A stretch of 61,266 nucleotides of DNA from Planctomycetota bacterium (GTDB lineage: Bacteria > Planctomycetota > GCA-002687715 > DRQF01). This document shows, piece by piece, positions 1 through 9,203 of this stretch. Position numbers and translations under genes: made by a program. Where the stretch lies: contig JALTLO010000088.1 in NCBI GenBank assembly GCA_027001995.1, positions 1 through 61,266 on the forward strand, written 5' to 3'. The notes below the pieces were generated by a model. That model did not search any database. It saw only the letters and a program-made list of their open reading frames with translations, and was not told where the DNA came from. Numbering within the stretch: the stretch's first letter is position 1; each line of letters starts with the position of its first letter.

Positions 1-125
1 CCAGGCATCACTCTTGGCCCGGCACCTGGGGCAAAGACGATCCATGCGGTGACGAGCCAGGTGAGCAAGCAGCCGACGATGATATAACGTCGGATCTTAG
101 TCTGTTGAGTTTGGGCGATACTCAT
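1..125 (-). CDS. Partial CDS (5' end only; runs off the left edge), N-terminal membrane anchor/signal; next gene of the cytochrome operon
   Basis: Read by hand: ATG at 125-123 overlaps the TGA of 122..667 (ATGA coupling); translation MSIAQTQQTKIRRYIIVGCLLTWLVTAWIVFAPGAGPRVMP... is open to the edge. Not in the ORF track. Confidence 0.7.
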   Translation of the reverse strand, partial: MSIAQTQQTKIRRYIIVGCLLTWLVTAWIVFAPGAGPRVMP

Positions 126-667
126 GGTGTCCCCTTGCTGATCAAAGTGGACAAGGCACCGTGGCCGTGGCTTAGGACACCATGAAGAATGGTCACTGGA
201 ATGGTGGCAAGAAGAATGCCGCAATGAATTTGCCGCAGGTCGGCATAGCGTTGCCGGCCATAGGCGATGATGCTGTCTTCGATTCCTTGTTCTTTGGCAA
301 GGAGTAGGCAATGGCCCCGTGACACAAGCGTAAAGCTGCTTATGACACTGGCTGCCAAGAGGAGGAAGAGAAGGACTTCGAAGGCACTATCTGGGGTGGA
401 GTAGTTGATATGAATCAGACTCAAAGTGGTGGTCACCACAGACAGAGACAGCCGCATTCGATTCCGATTTCTCAGCCCAGAAATTGGGTCATCATCCAAG
501 ATCTTTGCCAGGGCCCCCAACAAGACTAAGCAAGTCAGGAGCATCCATCCACTGACGAGAAAGAAGTGTCGTTGCGACAGGGCCCCCACGTAGTCAAATG
601 CGACAACCGTAGTGGCAACGACGAAAGCGATAACAAAAGGGATTGGGCAACCCCGGAAGTTAGACAT
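122..667 (-). CDS. Integral membrane protein, possibly cytochrome b/ferric-reductase-like transmembrane domain
   Basis: About 5 hydrophobic segments; His in membrane helices (LIH, QIHCG-x-LHG 14 residues apart); tightly coupled to neighbouring genes. Confidence 0.6.
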   Translation of the reverse strand: MSNFRGCPIPFVIAFVVATTVVAFDYVGALSQRHFFLVSGWMLLTCLVLLGALAKILDDDPISGLRNRNRMRLSLSVVTTTLSLIHINYSTPDSAFEVLLFLLLAASVISSFTLVSRGHCLLLAKEQGIEDSIIAYGRQRYADLRQIHCGILLATIPVTILHGVLSHGHGALSTLISKGTP

Positions 668-668
668 T

Positions 669-1763
669 TTACTTGTGTGCTTTGCCGCAGTAGGCGTCTG
701 GCTTTGGCATCATGCCGTCGAGACCTCCCAGGGCTTCTCCTGTTCTCTTGGCGAAAAGTCGAGCTGTCTTTTGGGCCGAAGTCAGTAGTTTTCCCAAGAG
801 CTCTTTCTTAGAAGCATCGAAAGTCGAGAGATCTTGCGACAAGGTGGCGAGCTCTCCCACATTTGGCAGAGCTTGCGCCATGACAGCGATGCGCTTGATG
901 GCCCGGTTAAGGCGCTTTACGAGATCATTAGAGAAGGGGCCCGCTGCTGTGTCCTTGAGTACGCTCAAAGTGACTTCGGCTTCGAGTAGACGTCCTAAGC
1001 CGAAGATAACCCGCCGACGATTGGGGCTGGCTTCCAAATTGGATTTGCCTTTGCTGCGAACAAAATTGTGCCGCACTTCTCCTTGGGACCAAGATAGGAG
1101 CTCGAAGGCGTCACCACTTGGGTGCTCGGCTACTTCAAAGAGTTTTGCATCATCCAAAACATGGCAAGAGAAGCATCTCTTCGCCAGATAGTAGATCTGG
1201 TCCGGGCGGTTCATTCCACCTTTGATCGATCTCACGATACGTTGACGCCGATGAACCTTTGACTCGGATTCACGGGTGGCCCCGTCTTTGCCAAAATCGT
1301 CATGGACTTCTAACCAGTCCTTGGCCGGGCCGTGGCAACTTTCACAGCTCACTCCATGTTTGGTTTTCGCTTTGCCTCTCACTTCGAGTTGAGTGTAGTG
1401 GCAACGGACGCAGTCAGGAGATTTCTTGACCCGGCGAAGCTCCAATTTCTTGGCCATCGCTTTGCCAGCTGCCGATTTGTGCATGGCCTTATAGCTGGTC
1501 TGATGAGCACTTGACTTCCACGATTGTAATTCTGCCTCATGGCATTCCCCACACTGAGATGGGCCCACTGTGTGGCGCAGGGCTTCCTCGGCAGAGTATT
1601 GAGTTGGCGCAGGATTCTCTTCTTCATTGAGGGCAACCGACTGCGATAGTGGCCACAACAAAAGAGAAAACAAAGCAGCGCTCAACATGAGGAGTTTCGC
1701 GGGTATACGGTCGGTCATGGCTCGTCTGTTCTTATACGTCGACATCGGTGAGGGGTCCTTCAT
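669..1763 (-). CDS. Periplasmic tetraheme cytochrome c (c554-like N-terminal domain)
   Basis: Signal peptide; four CxxCH motifs (CGECH, CVRCH, CESCH, CFSCH); c554-type CxxCH-x5-W-x2-S-x-H pattern. Confidence 0.9.
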   Translation of the reverse strand: MKDPSPMSTYKNRRAMTDRIPAKLLMLSAALFSLLLWPLSQSVALNEEENPAPTQYSAEEALRHTVGPSQCGECHEAELQSWKSSAHQTSYKAMHKSAAGKAMAKKLELRRVKKSPDCVRCHYTQLEVRGKAKTKHGVSCESCHGPAKDWLEVHDDFGKDGATRESESKVHRRQRIVRSIKGGMNRPDQIYYLAKRCFSCHVLDDAKLFEVAEHPSGDAFELLSWSQGEVRHNFVRSKGKSNLEASPNRRRVIFGLGRLLEAEVTLSVLKDTAAGPFSNDLVKRLNRAIKRIAVMAQALPNVGELATLSQDLSTFDASKKELLGKLLTSAQKTARLFAKRTGEALGGLDGMMPKPDAYCGKAHK

Positions 1764-1782
1764 TTGAATCGGCGCGATTGCT

Positions 1783-3279
1783 TTAGAACTTGATTGTTAG
1801 CTCCATGCGAATGCCGTATCCAGGCTCCCGACGCTCTTGAAGCGCAGCATGAAAATCCGTTTGCAAGATTAGGTTTTCACCCAATGCCCTTTGATAGCGT
1901 AAACCAATTGCCGCAGCTCCACGATTGCTGCCGTCAGTGTCTATACGGCCGCCGATCTCGACGATGATTTGGCTGCGGAATTCGTCCCAAAAGAATTGCC
2001 GTCCGGCTGATAAACCGACAGATTCAGCAGGTTCTGAGTCGAGGGCTGAACCGAAGCGTCCTAAACCTTGGGCCGTGTATAAGATGCCAGTTCGCGCCAA
2101 GGGCCCGCCCACATCTGGTGCCCGTGCTGCCGAAGAATATTCATCAATGCCCAAGAAACCATTGATGTAGTAGAGGTCGTCCGTTCCTGTAGGGGTCCAA
2201 GAAATTTCTGCGAGTAATAAGAACCCACCTTGGGTGAAAGGTGTGTCTCCTTCTAAAGGAACGGACCCCAAAAATCTGAATGTGCTGTTGAAGTGACCCA
2301 ATCGTTGGGTCGCGCTGACGGCGAAGTAAAAGGCATCGCCGCTGTCCGCGGGGGCGGACACGTAGACCAAGTCCACATCAATGGAACTCTCGCCAAAGTC
2401 GGCCTCCGTGAATAAGGCATAGAGCTCAGCGCCGCTATCCGCTGCCCTGTTGGCCCGATGAATATTGTTCCATGCGTAGAAAAACGTGAGTCGGAGATTG
2501 GCGAATCCAGAGGGCAGGAGAGTGTTGCGGACCAAGCCGAAACCGTCAACCGTGTCGTCGATCAGGATTCCGTTCTGGATAACCAGAGGTTGCCTTCCCA
2601 AGGCGAATCCGAAATCAAGAATCCCGGAATCATCGGTATCCAAGTTGGGGAAGATCTCGCCAAAGTCGCCTTCGAAGAACAAAGTTGTGAGGCGACCATT
2701 GAATCCCTGCTCCCAACCGTCAATGGAATCGGGCCCAATGGCGTACCCGGAAAACTGTTGGCCCCGAAAATCGATGGGGCGAAAACCAATCAAGATTCGT
2801 TCCGTTTGCGTGAGCTGCACATTGCCGAACAGGTCGAGGCGGTTGGCCCACTCAGTGATGAAATCTTGGCCGTTGTCGTAACCTTGTATAGCACTGCGAA
2901 AGGTGCCGAAGACGTAGAAGCTCGGATTCCAAATGGCGCCTGTGCCAATATCAAATCCTTCGCTGATTGCTCCAGACCCCAAGAAGGGGTCACCAAGTCC
3001 AATGATGGGTCCGTTCGCCTCGGGCATCGATGAGATTTGAAGTGGGATTGCCACATCGGAAAGGCGGCTTTTAGAGTCGAGCAAATGGACTTTCGAAGAA
3101 TCCTGAAGTTGATCGATTGCGTCGTCAATTTCCTGTTGCCTATTTTCTGTGTCTTGCTTGCCTTCCTCTTGGGAGGACAATAGTGGCATGAAAGAGAAGA
3201 AAATCACAACTGCCAAGGCAAACCGCTGCCACAAAAGGGCTTCCTCATGGGGAGAACCTGGGTGAAGACTATTGTACAT
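1783..3279 (-). CDS. Putative outer-membrane beta-barrel (porin-like) protein
   Basis: Signal-like hydrophobic stretch (FALAVVIFFSFMPLLSS), amphipathic Gly/aromatic-rich strands, C-terminal ...YGIRMELTIKF. Start moved from 3369 to the ATG at 3279, which overlaps the upstream stop. Confidence 0.7.
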   Translation of the reverse strand: MYNSLHPGSPHEEALLWQRFALAVVIFFSFMPLLSSQEEGKQDTENRQQEIDDAIDQLQDSSKVHLLDSKSRLSDVAIPLQISSMPEANGPIIGLGDPFLGSGAISEGFDIGTGAIWNPSFYVFGTFRSAIQGYDNGQDFITEWANRLDLFGNVQLTQTERILIGFRPIDFRGQQFSGYAIGPDSIDGWEQGFNGRLTTLFFEGDFGEIFPNLDTDDSGILDFGFALGRQPLVIQNGILIDDTVDGFGLVRNTLLPSGFANLRLTFFYAWNNIHRANRAADSGAELYALFTEADFGESSIDVDLVYVSAPADSGDAFYFAVSATQRLGHFNSTFRFLGSVPLEGDTPFTQGGFLLLAEISWTPTGTDDLYYINGFLGIDEYSSAARAPDVGGPLARTGILYTAQGLGRFGSALDSEPAESVGLSAGRQFFWDEFRSQIIVEIGGRIDTDGSNRGAAAIGLRYQRALGENLILQTDFHAALQERREPGYGIRMELTIKF

Positions 3280-5074
3280 GAATCTTGGTGTTCCTTTCCC
3301 AGAGGAGCACATGGCCTTCGACCACGCGGTCGGCCACGGCACGGGGACTGAGGCCATAATCGAATCCAACCCCGGCGACGGCTGCGACCAAATTGACGGG
3401 TACCATGGCCGACTTCAAGCGAACGCGAACTGTGTAGTCCCCAGGCCCTCGCATTTGGTCGGATGTCAATTTGTAGTGGGCTTGTTTCACGCCGCCGGGC
3501 TCGATGGAACGTTTGTGAATACGTGCGCTCAATGGTCGCCCTGTTAGGGTTGTGGGCATGGTTGAGGTGCGAAGGAAAGGCAAAGAATCGACGGATTCGT
3601 TCACGGCCAAGACCTGCTCTCTTTCGCCGCCTCGGACGTTGAGGGTGATGAATTTCGACTGAAGCGAGAACAGTTGCTCGTCCACAGGGAGTTCGCCATT
3701 GTGGACATAGATGGAATGGGCGTCTCTTACGTCACCATTGGGATCAAGGTCGCCGGAACGAAAGACAACGTTGCCTTGCGGGTCGAGCACCGTGACCTCA
3801 AGGAATACCAATCGCTCCGCTGTGAAACCCGTCGGTACGTTATGGCCATCGGTGCCGTTCTTGATCTCAAGATGAAAGGCCAAACCAGTTTGGTTTTTTC
3901 GGTCCACCAAGATCTCAGAGAGGAGATAGCCTCGTTTGAGCAGGGCAAGTCTGCGTTGATTGACCTCTTCTAAAAGAAGGAGCTGCTCGTCGATGATCTC
4001 CCGAGCCTCATAGCGATCGTCAGCCGATTCCCATTTTTCTGGGAAGGTGGCGTCGTCAGAAACTGCGTCTTCGAATTCGTCTGTTCCCCAGCCAGCCTTG
4101 TGGTCGAACTGGAGCCATTCGGCCATGCTCGCCATCTCTTGAGCCACGGGATTGTGAGGGAAGATGCCGGGATGAACGATGGAGTAGTCGGGGCCGGAGA
4201 ATGTATGGTTGGTGAGCTTACGATCTCTTGTTTTCTTGCCACCGACGATGGCAGCAGGGCCGAAATCGTAGCCACTGCTGATTCCCGGCTCCTTGCCCAT
4301 GTGACAGTCTTGGCATGTCTCGCCGCGACGGGCAGCTGGAGAAGCTTTGAATTCGCTGAAAGCTTCTTCAAGTCTGAAGCCGTTGGGCAGGTTTACGTCG
4401 TGGCAGGAACCGCAGAATCCAGGTTGCGACAACTGCGTCATTTGATGAGCATCACGGTGAATGGCACGGCCAGGTTTGCCGCTTTCCGTGACGACACCGA
4501 AATCGCCGTCGGCGATGACTTTCTTGACCTCTGATCCACCGCTGGGCCCATAGACAGGCTCCAGAATACTGGCTTGAACCAAGGGGCGTCGACCACTCAC
4601 TTTGCCAACTTCTTTGTTCATGCGGTGGCAGGCTATGCAGGTTATACCTTCGACGGAAAGCGGATGACGGTTGATATTTGAAGTGAAAAGAGGCTCTTTG
4701 ATTGTCATCCCTACCGGCGTGTGGCAACGAATGCAAAAGTCTCCCAAAGTGCCATGCATCTTCTTGTTGATCGTACCTTGCATGGCATTAAAAACCGGAG
4801 ACAACTGAGCATAGGCGTGAGCCGATGACGACCATTGTCGGTAGTGATTGGGGTGACAAGCCCGGCATGTTGATGCTGAAGGAAATCGTTCTTTCATCAG
4901 GCTGGCGTGGGGATCTTCTTGGTCCTCCAGCCCTTCAGATTTTGCTTGACTCGCGCTAAGATCTGGGTTCATGGGCGTCTCTTGATTCGCACAAGCCCAG
5001 ATCGGAAGAACAACCAACAGAATACTCAATAAAGAAACGATGGGGTTTCTTTTTGCTATTCCCAATCGACTCAT
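3269..5074 (-). CDS. Pentaheme cytochrome c (c554 family) lipoprotein with C-terminal beta-sandwich domain
   Basis: Lipobox-like PIWA-C; five CxxCH motifs (CRACH, CIRCH, CIACH, CGSCH, CQDCH); GHNVPTG motif in the C-terminal domain. Confidence 0.9.
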   Translation of the reverse strand: MSRLGIAKRNPIVSLLSILLVVLPIWACANQETPMNPDLSASQAKSEGLEDQEDPHASLMKERFPSASTCRACHPNHYRQWSSSAHAYAQLSPVFNAMQGTINKKMHGTLGDFCIRCHTPVGMTIKEPLFTSNINRHPLSVEGITCIACHRMNKEVGKVSGRRPLVQASILEPVYGPSGGSEVKKVIADGDFGVVTESGKPGRAIHRDAHQMTQLSQPGFCGSCHDVNLPNGFRLEEAFSEFKASPAARRGETCQDCHMGKEPGISSGYDFGPAAIVGGKKTRDRKLTNHTFSGPDYSIVHPGIFPHNPVAQEMASMAEWLQFDHKAGWGTDEFEDAVSDDATFPEKWESADDRYEAREIIDEQLLLLEEVNQRRLALLKRGYLLSEILVDRKNQTGLAFHLEIKNGTDGHNVPTGFTAERLVFLEVTVLDPQGNVVFRSGDLDPNGDVRDAHSIYVHNGELPVDEQLFSLQSKFITLNVRGGEREQVLAVNESVDSLPFLRTSTMPTTLTGRPLSARIHKRSIEPGGVKQAHYKLTSDQMRGPGDYTVRVRLKSAMVPVNLVAAVAGVGFDYGLSPRAVADRVVEGHVLLWERNTKIHVQ

Positions 5075-5200
5075 GAACAGTCTCCAACTTGGCGCGGATC
5101 TGACTCAGTCTTTGCAACGGCGGCTCGCACCATAGCGGAATAGAACTGACAATCAAGTAGCTTTCTTGGTCTTCTGTTCTGTTCGTGCGCAACTAGAATG

Positions 5201-5239
5201 AAAACGAAAAACGGCTAACATGGGAAACATGTTAGCCGT
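5201..5239 (-). terminator. Rho-independent terminator of the ArsR-sulfur operon
   Basis: Perfect 12-bp inverted repeat ACGGCTAACATG-ggaaa-CATGTTAGCCGT (5211-5239), followed on the minus strand by TTTTCGTTTT. Confidence 0.85.
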
Positions 5240-5264
5240 CTGTTCTGAAAATGAGTGGGGCGTG

Positions 5265-5900
5265 TTAGTCGTCGTGGCGTGACAACATCCAAGCTCCGGC
5301 GAACATAATGAAGGCAGCGAGAAGCATGACGCCACTGCGCTTCTCAGCGGAGAAGATAGCCATCTGTCGAGCTTCACCACCCACGGCAGCAAGCCTCGCT
5401 TTGGCCCTTAGAACAGCGATCTCGCGCTTCGCTTCTTTACGATCCTCTTTCGAAATGCTGTCGTCAACCTTTGCGATCTTGTCTTTGATGACCTGCTGGC
5501 CATCTTCGTCGTCTGAATTTAATTCTGCCAGTTCGATGGCAAGCTCTAACTTTTCACGTCCGCCTAAATCGTCGGCTTCAATGGCCTCGGCTTTTGCTTT
5601 CAAGCTGTCCACTGCAGGGAATGTTCGAGAACTGCCGCTTGGGACCCCCAAGGCACCGGAAACTGAAAGGGCGACGGTTAAGGCCAAAAGCCATTTGACA
5701 TAGCTGACCGTTGGAATTTTCATGCGTCCGAGTAGAGCAGCAACGACGGGAAGAGCCACGGCAATTTGAAGAGCAATCCCCAAAGTCACGAAACTAAAGA
5801 ACTCGACGTTCCACATATAAGTCATCAGTGCCAAAACACCCATGGCCACATAGAGTGCGGTTCCGCCGACGAGCACCATGCGGCCCATTGCTTTATCCAT
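5265..5900 (-). CDS. Hypothetical membrane protein (3 N-terminal TM, charged helical loop, 1 C-terminal TM); last gene of the sulfur operon
   Basis: ORF with GAGGAG RBS, 41 bp after the rhodanese gene and before the terminator. Confidence 0.75.
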   Translation of the reverse strand: MDKAMGRMVLVGGTALYVAMGVLALMTYMWNVEFFSFVTLGIALQIAVALPVVAALLGRMKIPTVSYVKWLLALTVALSVSGALGVPSGSSRTFPAVDSLKAKAEAIEADDLGGREKLELAIELAELNSDDEDGQQVIKDKIAKVDDSISKEDRKEAKREIAVLRAKARLAAVGGEARQMAIFSAEKRSGVMLLAAFIMFAGAWMLSRHDD

Positions 5901-5941
5901 AACTTGAACTCCTCATCTTTCTTTGAATGACTCGCTGAATC

Positions 5942-6475
5942 TTACCTTAAGCTGCAAGTCTCGGTCTTGATGCGATTGAAGGGGAGTCGCCCCAGGACCA
6001 TCGCCATTCCGCAGGTATCGGTAATGCCAGCAAAGATAAGTCCTGCTCCGACGAAAGCGGACAGGGCAATAAAAGCCGGGTTAACGAAATAGCCCAGAAC
6101 AGCGCCAATGACGACGAGACCTCCGGCACAAATACGGACTTGTCGTTCGATGCTCATACCTTTCTTGCCACGGACGACATTCTTGCCTTCTTCGAGCCAA
6201 CGGGTCATGCCACCTGGGACGATGGCGGTGGCAGTGATGCCCATTTCTTTCAGGGTTTCTTTGGCTATGGTAGCTCGCCGTTCCGTCCGGCACATCAAGT
6301 GGATCGTTTTATTCTTGGCGATGTCCTTGAAGTCCTCTGCGAACTCTTTGAGATCAGCTAGAGGGATATTGACAGCGCCGTCGGCATGCACTTCGGCGAA
6401 TTCACCGGGGGTTCTGACATCAACCAAAGTGATGGCTTCGGATGTTGCTTCAGATTGTGTTTGTGTTGCTTTCAT
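5942..6475 (-). CDS. ygaP: Rhodanese + DUF2892 membrane sulfurtransferase (YgaP-like)
   Basis: DVRTPGEF..H..GA.NIP; active-site loop CRTERR; C-terminal ERQVRI..G...FAGITDTCGM. Confidence 0.9.
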   Translation of the reverse strand: MKATQTQSEATSEAITLVDVRTPGEFAEVHADGAVNIPLADLKEFAEDFKDIAKNKTIHLMCRTERRATIAKETLKEMGITATAIVPGGMTRWLEEGKNVVRGKKGMSIERQVRICAGGLVVIGAVLGYFVNPAFIALSAFVGAGLIFAGITDTCGMAMVLGRLPFNRIKTETCSLR

Positions 6476-6493
6476 GATTTTTCCTTTGTTCTC

Positions 6494-7909
6494 CTATGAG
6501 CCGCAGGTGGATTCACATTTCTCTATGGCTCTGCTGCCATTGTTCCAGTTGACGAATCCTCCTCGTTGGTCACCAACGTTGGTGAATCCTTGCATTCTCA
6601 GGATGCTCACTGCCGTGCAAGAACGAGATCCAGTGCGGCAGGTGGCTACGACTTCCTGGTCGTGGGGTAATTCACCAGCTCTTTCCCTGATTGCGTTAAG
6701 GGGAATGTTGATGGCACCGGGAATGTGCCCGCTGGCGTATTCGCCGGGGGTGCGGACATCGACTACAAGAGGTGCCTTAGATTCAGAAATGCGGCGTTCC
6801 AATTCCCCAGATGAAAGGCGTTCGAAATTGCCGACGAATTCCGGGGCTTCGGCCAAGGCCCGCATGCCACCTTCCAGATATCCAGCGACCAAGTCGAATC
6901 CGATACGCCCGAGGCGAAGGCCCGCTTCAACTTCCGTACCTGCGTCAGCAATGATGACGATGGGCTTAAGTGGATCTAAGAAAGTTCCAGCCCATGTGGC
7001 AAACTTCCCTTCTAATTCGACACTGAGGCTCTTATTCATGTGTGCATCGGCGTAGTCGCTTGGAAGTCTGGCATCGACCAACTGAGCTTCTTTTTCATCT
7101 ACGAGGCTGAGGACGGTTTTCAGGTCAAGAGGCTTGAGGTTTGCCATCGAGTCCGAAAGTGTTGTGTGCTCCTTGCGATTGAGCATGGCGTCATAGGAGA
7201 AGTAGTTGGGTGCTACCGGCTGGTTGGCTGTGACGATAGCAATGAACTCTTCCTTGCTCATAGATTGGAGAGCATAGTTGTTAGCTCTTTGGGCACCGAT
7301 GGTCGAAACAGTGTCGCTACTGAGATTTTTGCCGCACATGGATCCAGCACCGTGGGCGGGGTAGAGCAAAGTGGCGTCAGGAAGAGTCAAGAGTTTGTTG
7401 TGCAGCGAGTCGTAGAGGCTTCCTGCAAGTTCTTCCGCTGTCACGCCGATGGAAGCCATGAGGTCTGGACGACCGACATCGCCGATAAAGAGGGTGTCTC
7501 CAGTGAGGACTGCTTTGGGCGTGTCGGCATCATGCTCCAGGTCGTAAACAACGATGGAGATGCCTTCGGGGGTATGTCCTGGTGTTTCCAGAATCTCTAA
7601 TTTGACGGTTTCAAGCTCTAAGGTGGAACCATCAGCCATGGCTTCGAATTCGAACTCCGCTTGAGCTTGGGCACCCAAGTGAATTGTTGCCTTGGTTTTC
7701 TTCCTGAGTTCGAGATGGCCGGCAACAAAATCAGCATGGAAATGACTTAGGAAGACGTGTTTGATGGTGAAACCAGCGGCATCAGCGTCGGTGATGTATT
7801 GAGCGATGTCCCGTTGAGGATCGATCACAATGGCTGTCTTGCTTTTGTCGCAACCGATCATGTAGGAAGCATGGGCCAAGCAACCTAAGTAGTATTGTTT
7901 GAGGTGCAT
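6494..7909 (-). CDS. MBL-fold persulfide dioxygenase fused to two rhodanese domains (CstB-like)
   Basis: SHFHADF, TPGHTPE, TGDTLFIGDVGRPDL, HGAGSMCG; Cys-less middle rhodanese and C-terminal rhodanese with CRTGSRS. Confidence 0.92.
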   Translation of the reverse strand: MHLKQYYLGCLAHASYMIGCDKSKTAIVIDPQRDIAQYITDADAAGFTIKHVFLSHFHADFVAGHLELRKKTKATIHLGAQAQAEFEFEAMADGSTLELETVKLEILETPGHTPEGISIVVYDLEHDADTPKAVLTGDTLFIGDVGRPDLMASIGVTAEELAGSLYDSLHNKLLTLPDATLLYPAHGAGSMCGKNLSSDTVSTIGAQRANNYALQSMSKEEFIAIVTANQPVAPNYFSYDAMLNRKEHTTLSDSMANLKPLDLKTVLSLVDEKEAQLVDARLPSDYADAHMNKSLSVELEGKFATWAGTFLDPLKPIVIIADAGTEVEAGLRLGRIGFDLVAGYLEGGMRALAEAPEFVGNFERLSSGELERRISESKAPLVVDVRTPGEYASGHIPGAINIPLNAIRERAGELPHDQEVVATCRTGSRSCTAVSILRMQGFTNVGDQRGGFVNWNNGSRAIEKCESTCGS

Positions 7910-8712
7910 TATTTGGTCTCTCCTTTTGAAAGTGATTGTGGTTCAACAGGTTTGTCTTGATGACTCAGTTGGGTAATCAAGACAAAGCCAGCCATGAAAA
8001 TGAGTAGAACGCCGAAGGCCCGGCGTAGAGTTTGTTGGGGAAGACGAGTGCCGAATGTCATGCCAGCGATGGATCCGATGATGCCGACGCTGGCGAAACA
8101 GATCATGAGGTTCCAGTCGAGTGCAAGATTGTGCGCTGCTAGAACATCCATGTGTTTGATGAAACCCGCGAAAGAGTTAAGGGCAATGATGACCAGACTT
8201 GTTCCTACGGCTCGGTTCATTTCTAAACCCCCCAGAAGAACCAAGGCAGGGATGATGAGGAATCCGCCGCCAACGCCCACAATGCCTGTGATGATGCCTG
8301 CCCCGGTAGCCCCCAAGGAGACTTTCAAATTCCATTTCTTCTTGGTTGGGCTGGTTGAGTTTTGCCTTGGGCGGATCATGAGTACAGAAACCAAGAGCAT
8401 GATAAGCGCAAAGAGGACGAGCTGGGCGGTGCCAGTGATGTGCCCAGAGATGGCGGCACCTAACCACGTGCCTGCCATACCCGGAGGGGCGAATAAGAGG
8501 ACAGACCGCTGATCAACAAGCTTCTTCTTGGAAGAGAAAATAGCGCCTCCAACGCTGATGCATCCGACGACAAAGAGAGAGGAGGCAATGGCGAGTTTTT
8601 CTTCTTGGCCGACCAAGTAGATCAGAGTGGGCACTGTGAGGATGGAACCACCTGCACCAAGTAGCCCAAGGCTGAGGCCGACGACCATGGCTCCAATCAT
8701 AGGAAGGATCAT
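7909..8712 (-). CDS. Sulfite exporter TauE/SafE family
   Basis: Duplicated GLLGAGGSIL.VP / GIVGVGGGFLIIP motifs, AVGTSL, about 8 TM. Confidence 0.92.
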   Translation of the reverse strand: MILPMIGAMVVGLSLGLLGAGGSILTVPTLIYLVGQEEKLAIASSLFVVGCISVGGAIFSSKKKLVDQRSVLLFAPPGMAGTWLGAAISGHITGTAQLVLFALIMLLVSVLMIRPRQNSTSPTKKKWNLKVSLGATGAGIITGIVGVGGGFLIIPALVLLGGLEMNRAVGTSLVIIALNSFAGFIKHMDVLAAHNLALDWNLMICFASVGIIGSIAGMTFGTRLPQQTLRRAFGVLLIFMAGFVLITQLSHQDKPVEPQSLSKGETK

Positions 8713-9026
8713 GATTCACTGCCTCCGAAGCGCTTTTGGATGCAGTCGATGATCCCGGCCAAACCGGCTTCAGCTACCATGTAGTAGACGCTCCGGCCTC
8801 GGCGTTCTGATTTGAGAAGTCCCCTATCTCGCATGACTCCCAGGTGTTCAGAGGCCATGTGACTGGGGATAGCACAGGCTTTGGCTAATTCCCCAACGGT
8901 GTGCTCCCCAATCAAGAGCATTTCGACCATCCGAATACGGCAGGGATGTGCCATCGTCTTCAGGCAACCCGCAGCTTGGCTGAGAGCTTTCATGCTCAGG
9001 AGGTCTGTGTCTTTCGATGTTGTCAT
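8709..9026 (-). CDS. ArsR/SmtB family repressor (probable persulfide sensor, BigR/SqrR-like)
   Basis: AHP.R..., HTH TVGELA...SEHL, ERRGRSVYY wing; four Cys, including one in the C-terminal helix (IIDC); heads the sulfur operon. Confidence 0.9.
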   Translation of the reverse strand: MTTSKDTDLLSMKALSQAAGCLKTMAHPCRIRMVEMLLIGEHTVGELAKACAIPSHMASEHLGVMRDRGLLKSERRGRSVYYMVAEAGLAGIIDCIQKRFGGSES

Positions 9027-9060
9027 ATCGAAATATTACGATATGACGACATGAATGCAA
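9017..9060 (-). promoter_or_regulatory. Palindromic operator overlapping a sigma70-like promoter and the ArsR start codon
   Basis: 36-bp inverted repeat at 9017-9052 (16 of 18 pairs match); minus-strand TTGCAT-N16-TAATAT ends 6 nt before the ATG. Confidence 0.75.
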
Positions 9061-9203
9061 GCTTTCTTTGATTTCTTGGCACTTGCTTCTCCGATATTGA
9101 AGAATTTTGGCTTTCTCCGTGACACGGTGGGGGGGATTTCGCTGCGCTTGAGGACCCGAAATTTCCCGGAACGTGATGAGCTCAACTCATCAAGGAGACA
9201 GCT

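Noticed and set aside
6108..7055. Long antisense ORF (315 aa), and similar shadow ORFs such as 18100..19230, 11571..12167 and 57398..57994
   Set aside because: They lie opposite well-supported genes and have no motifs; typical antisense-frame artefacts
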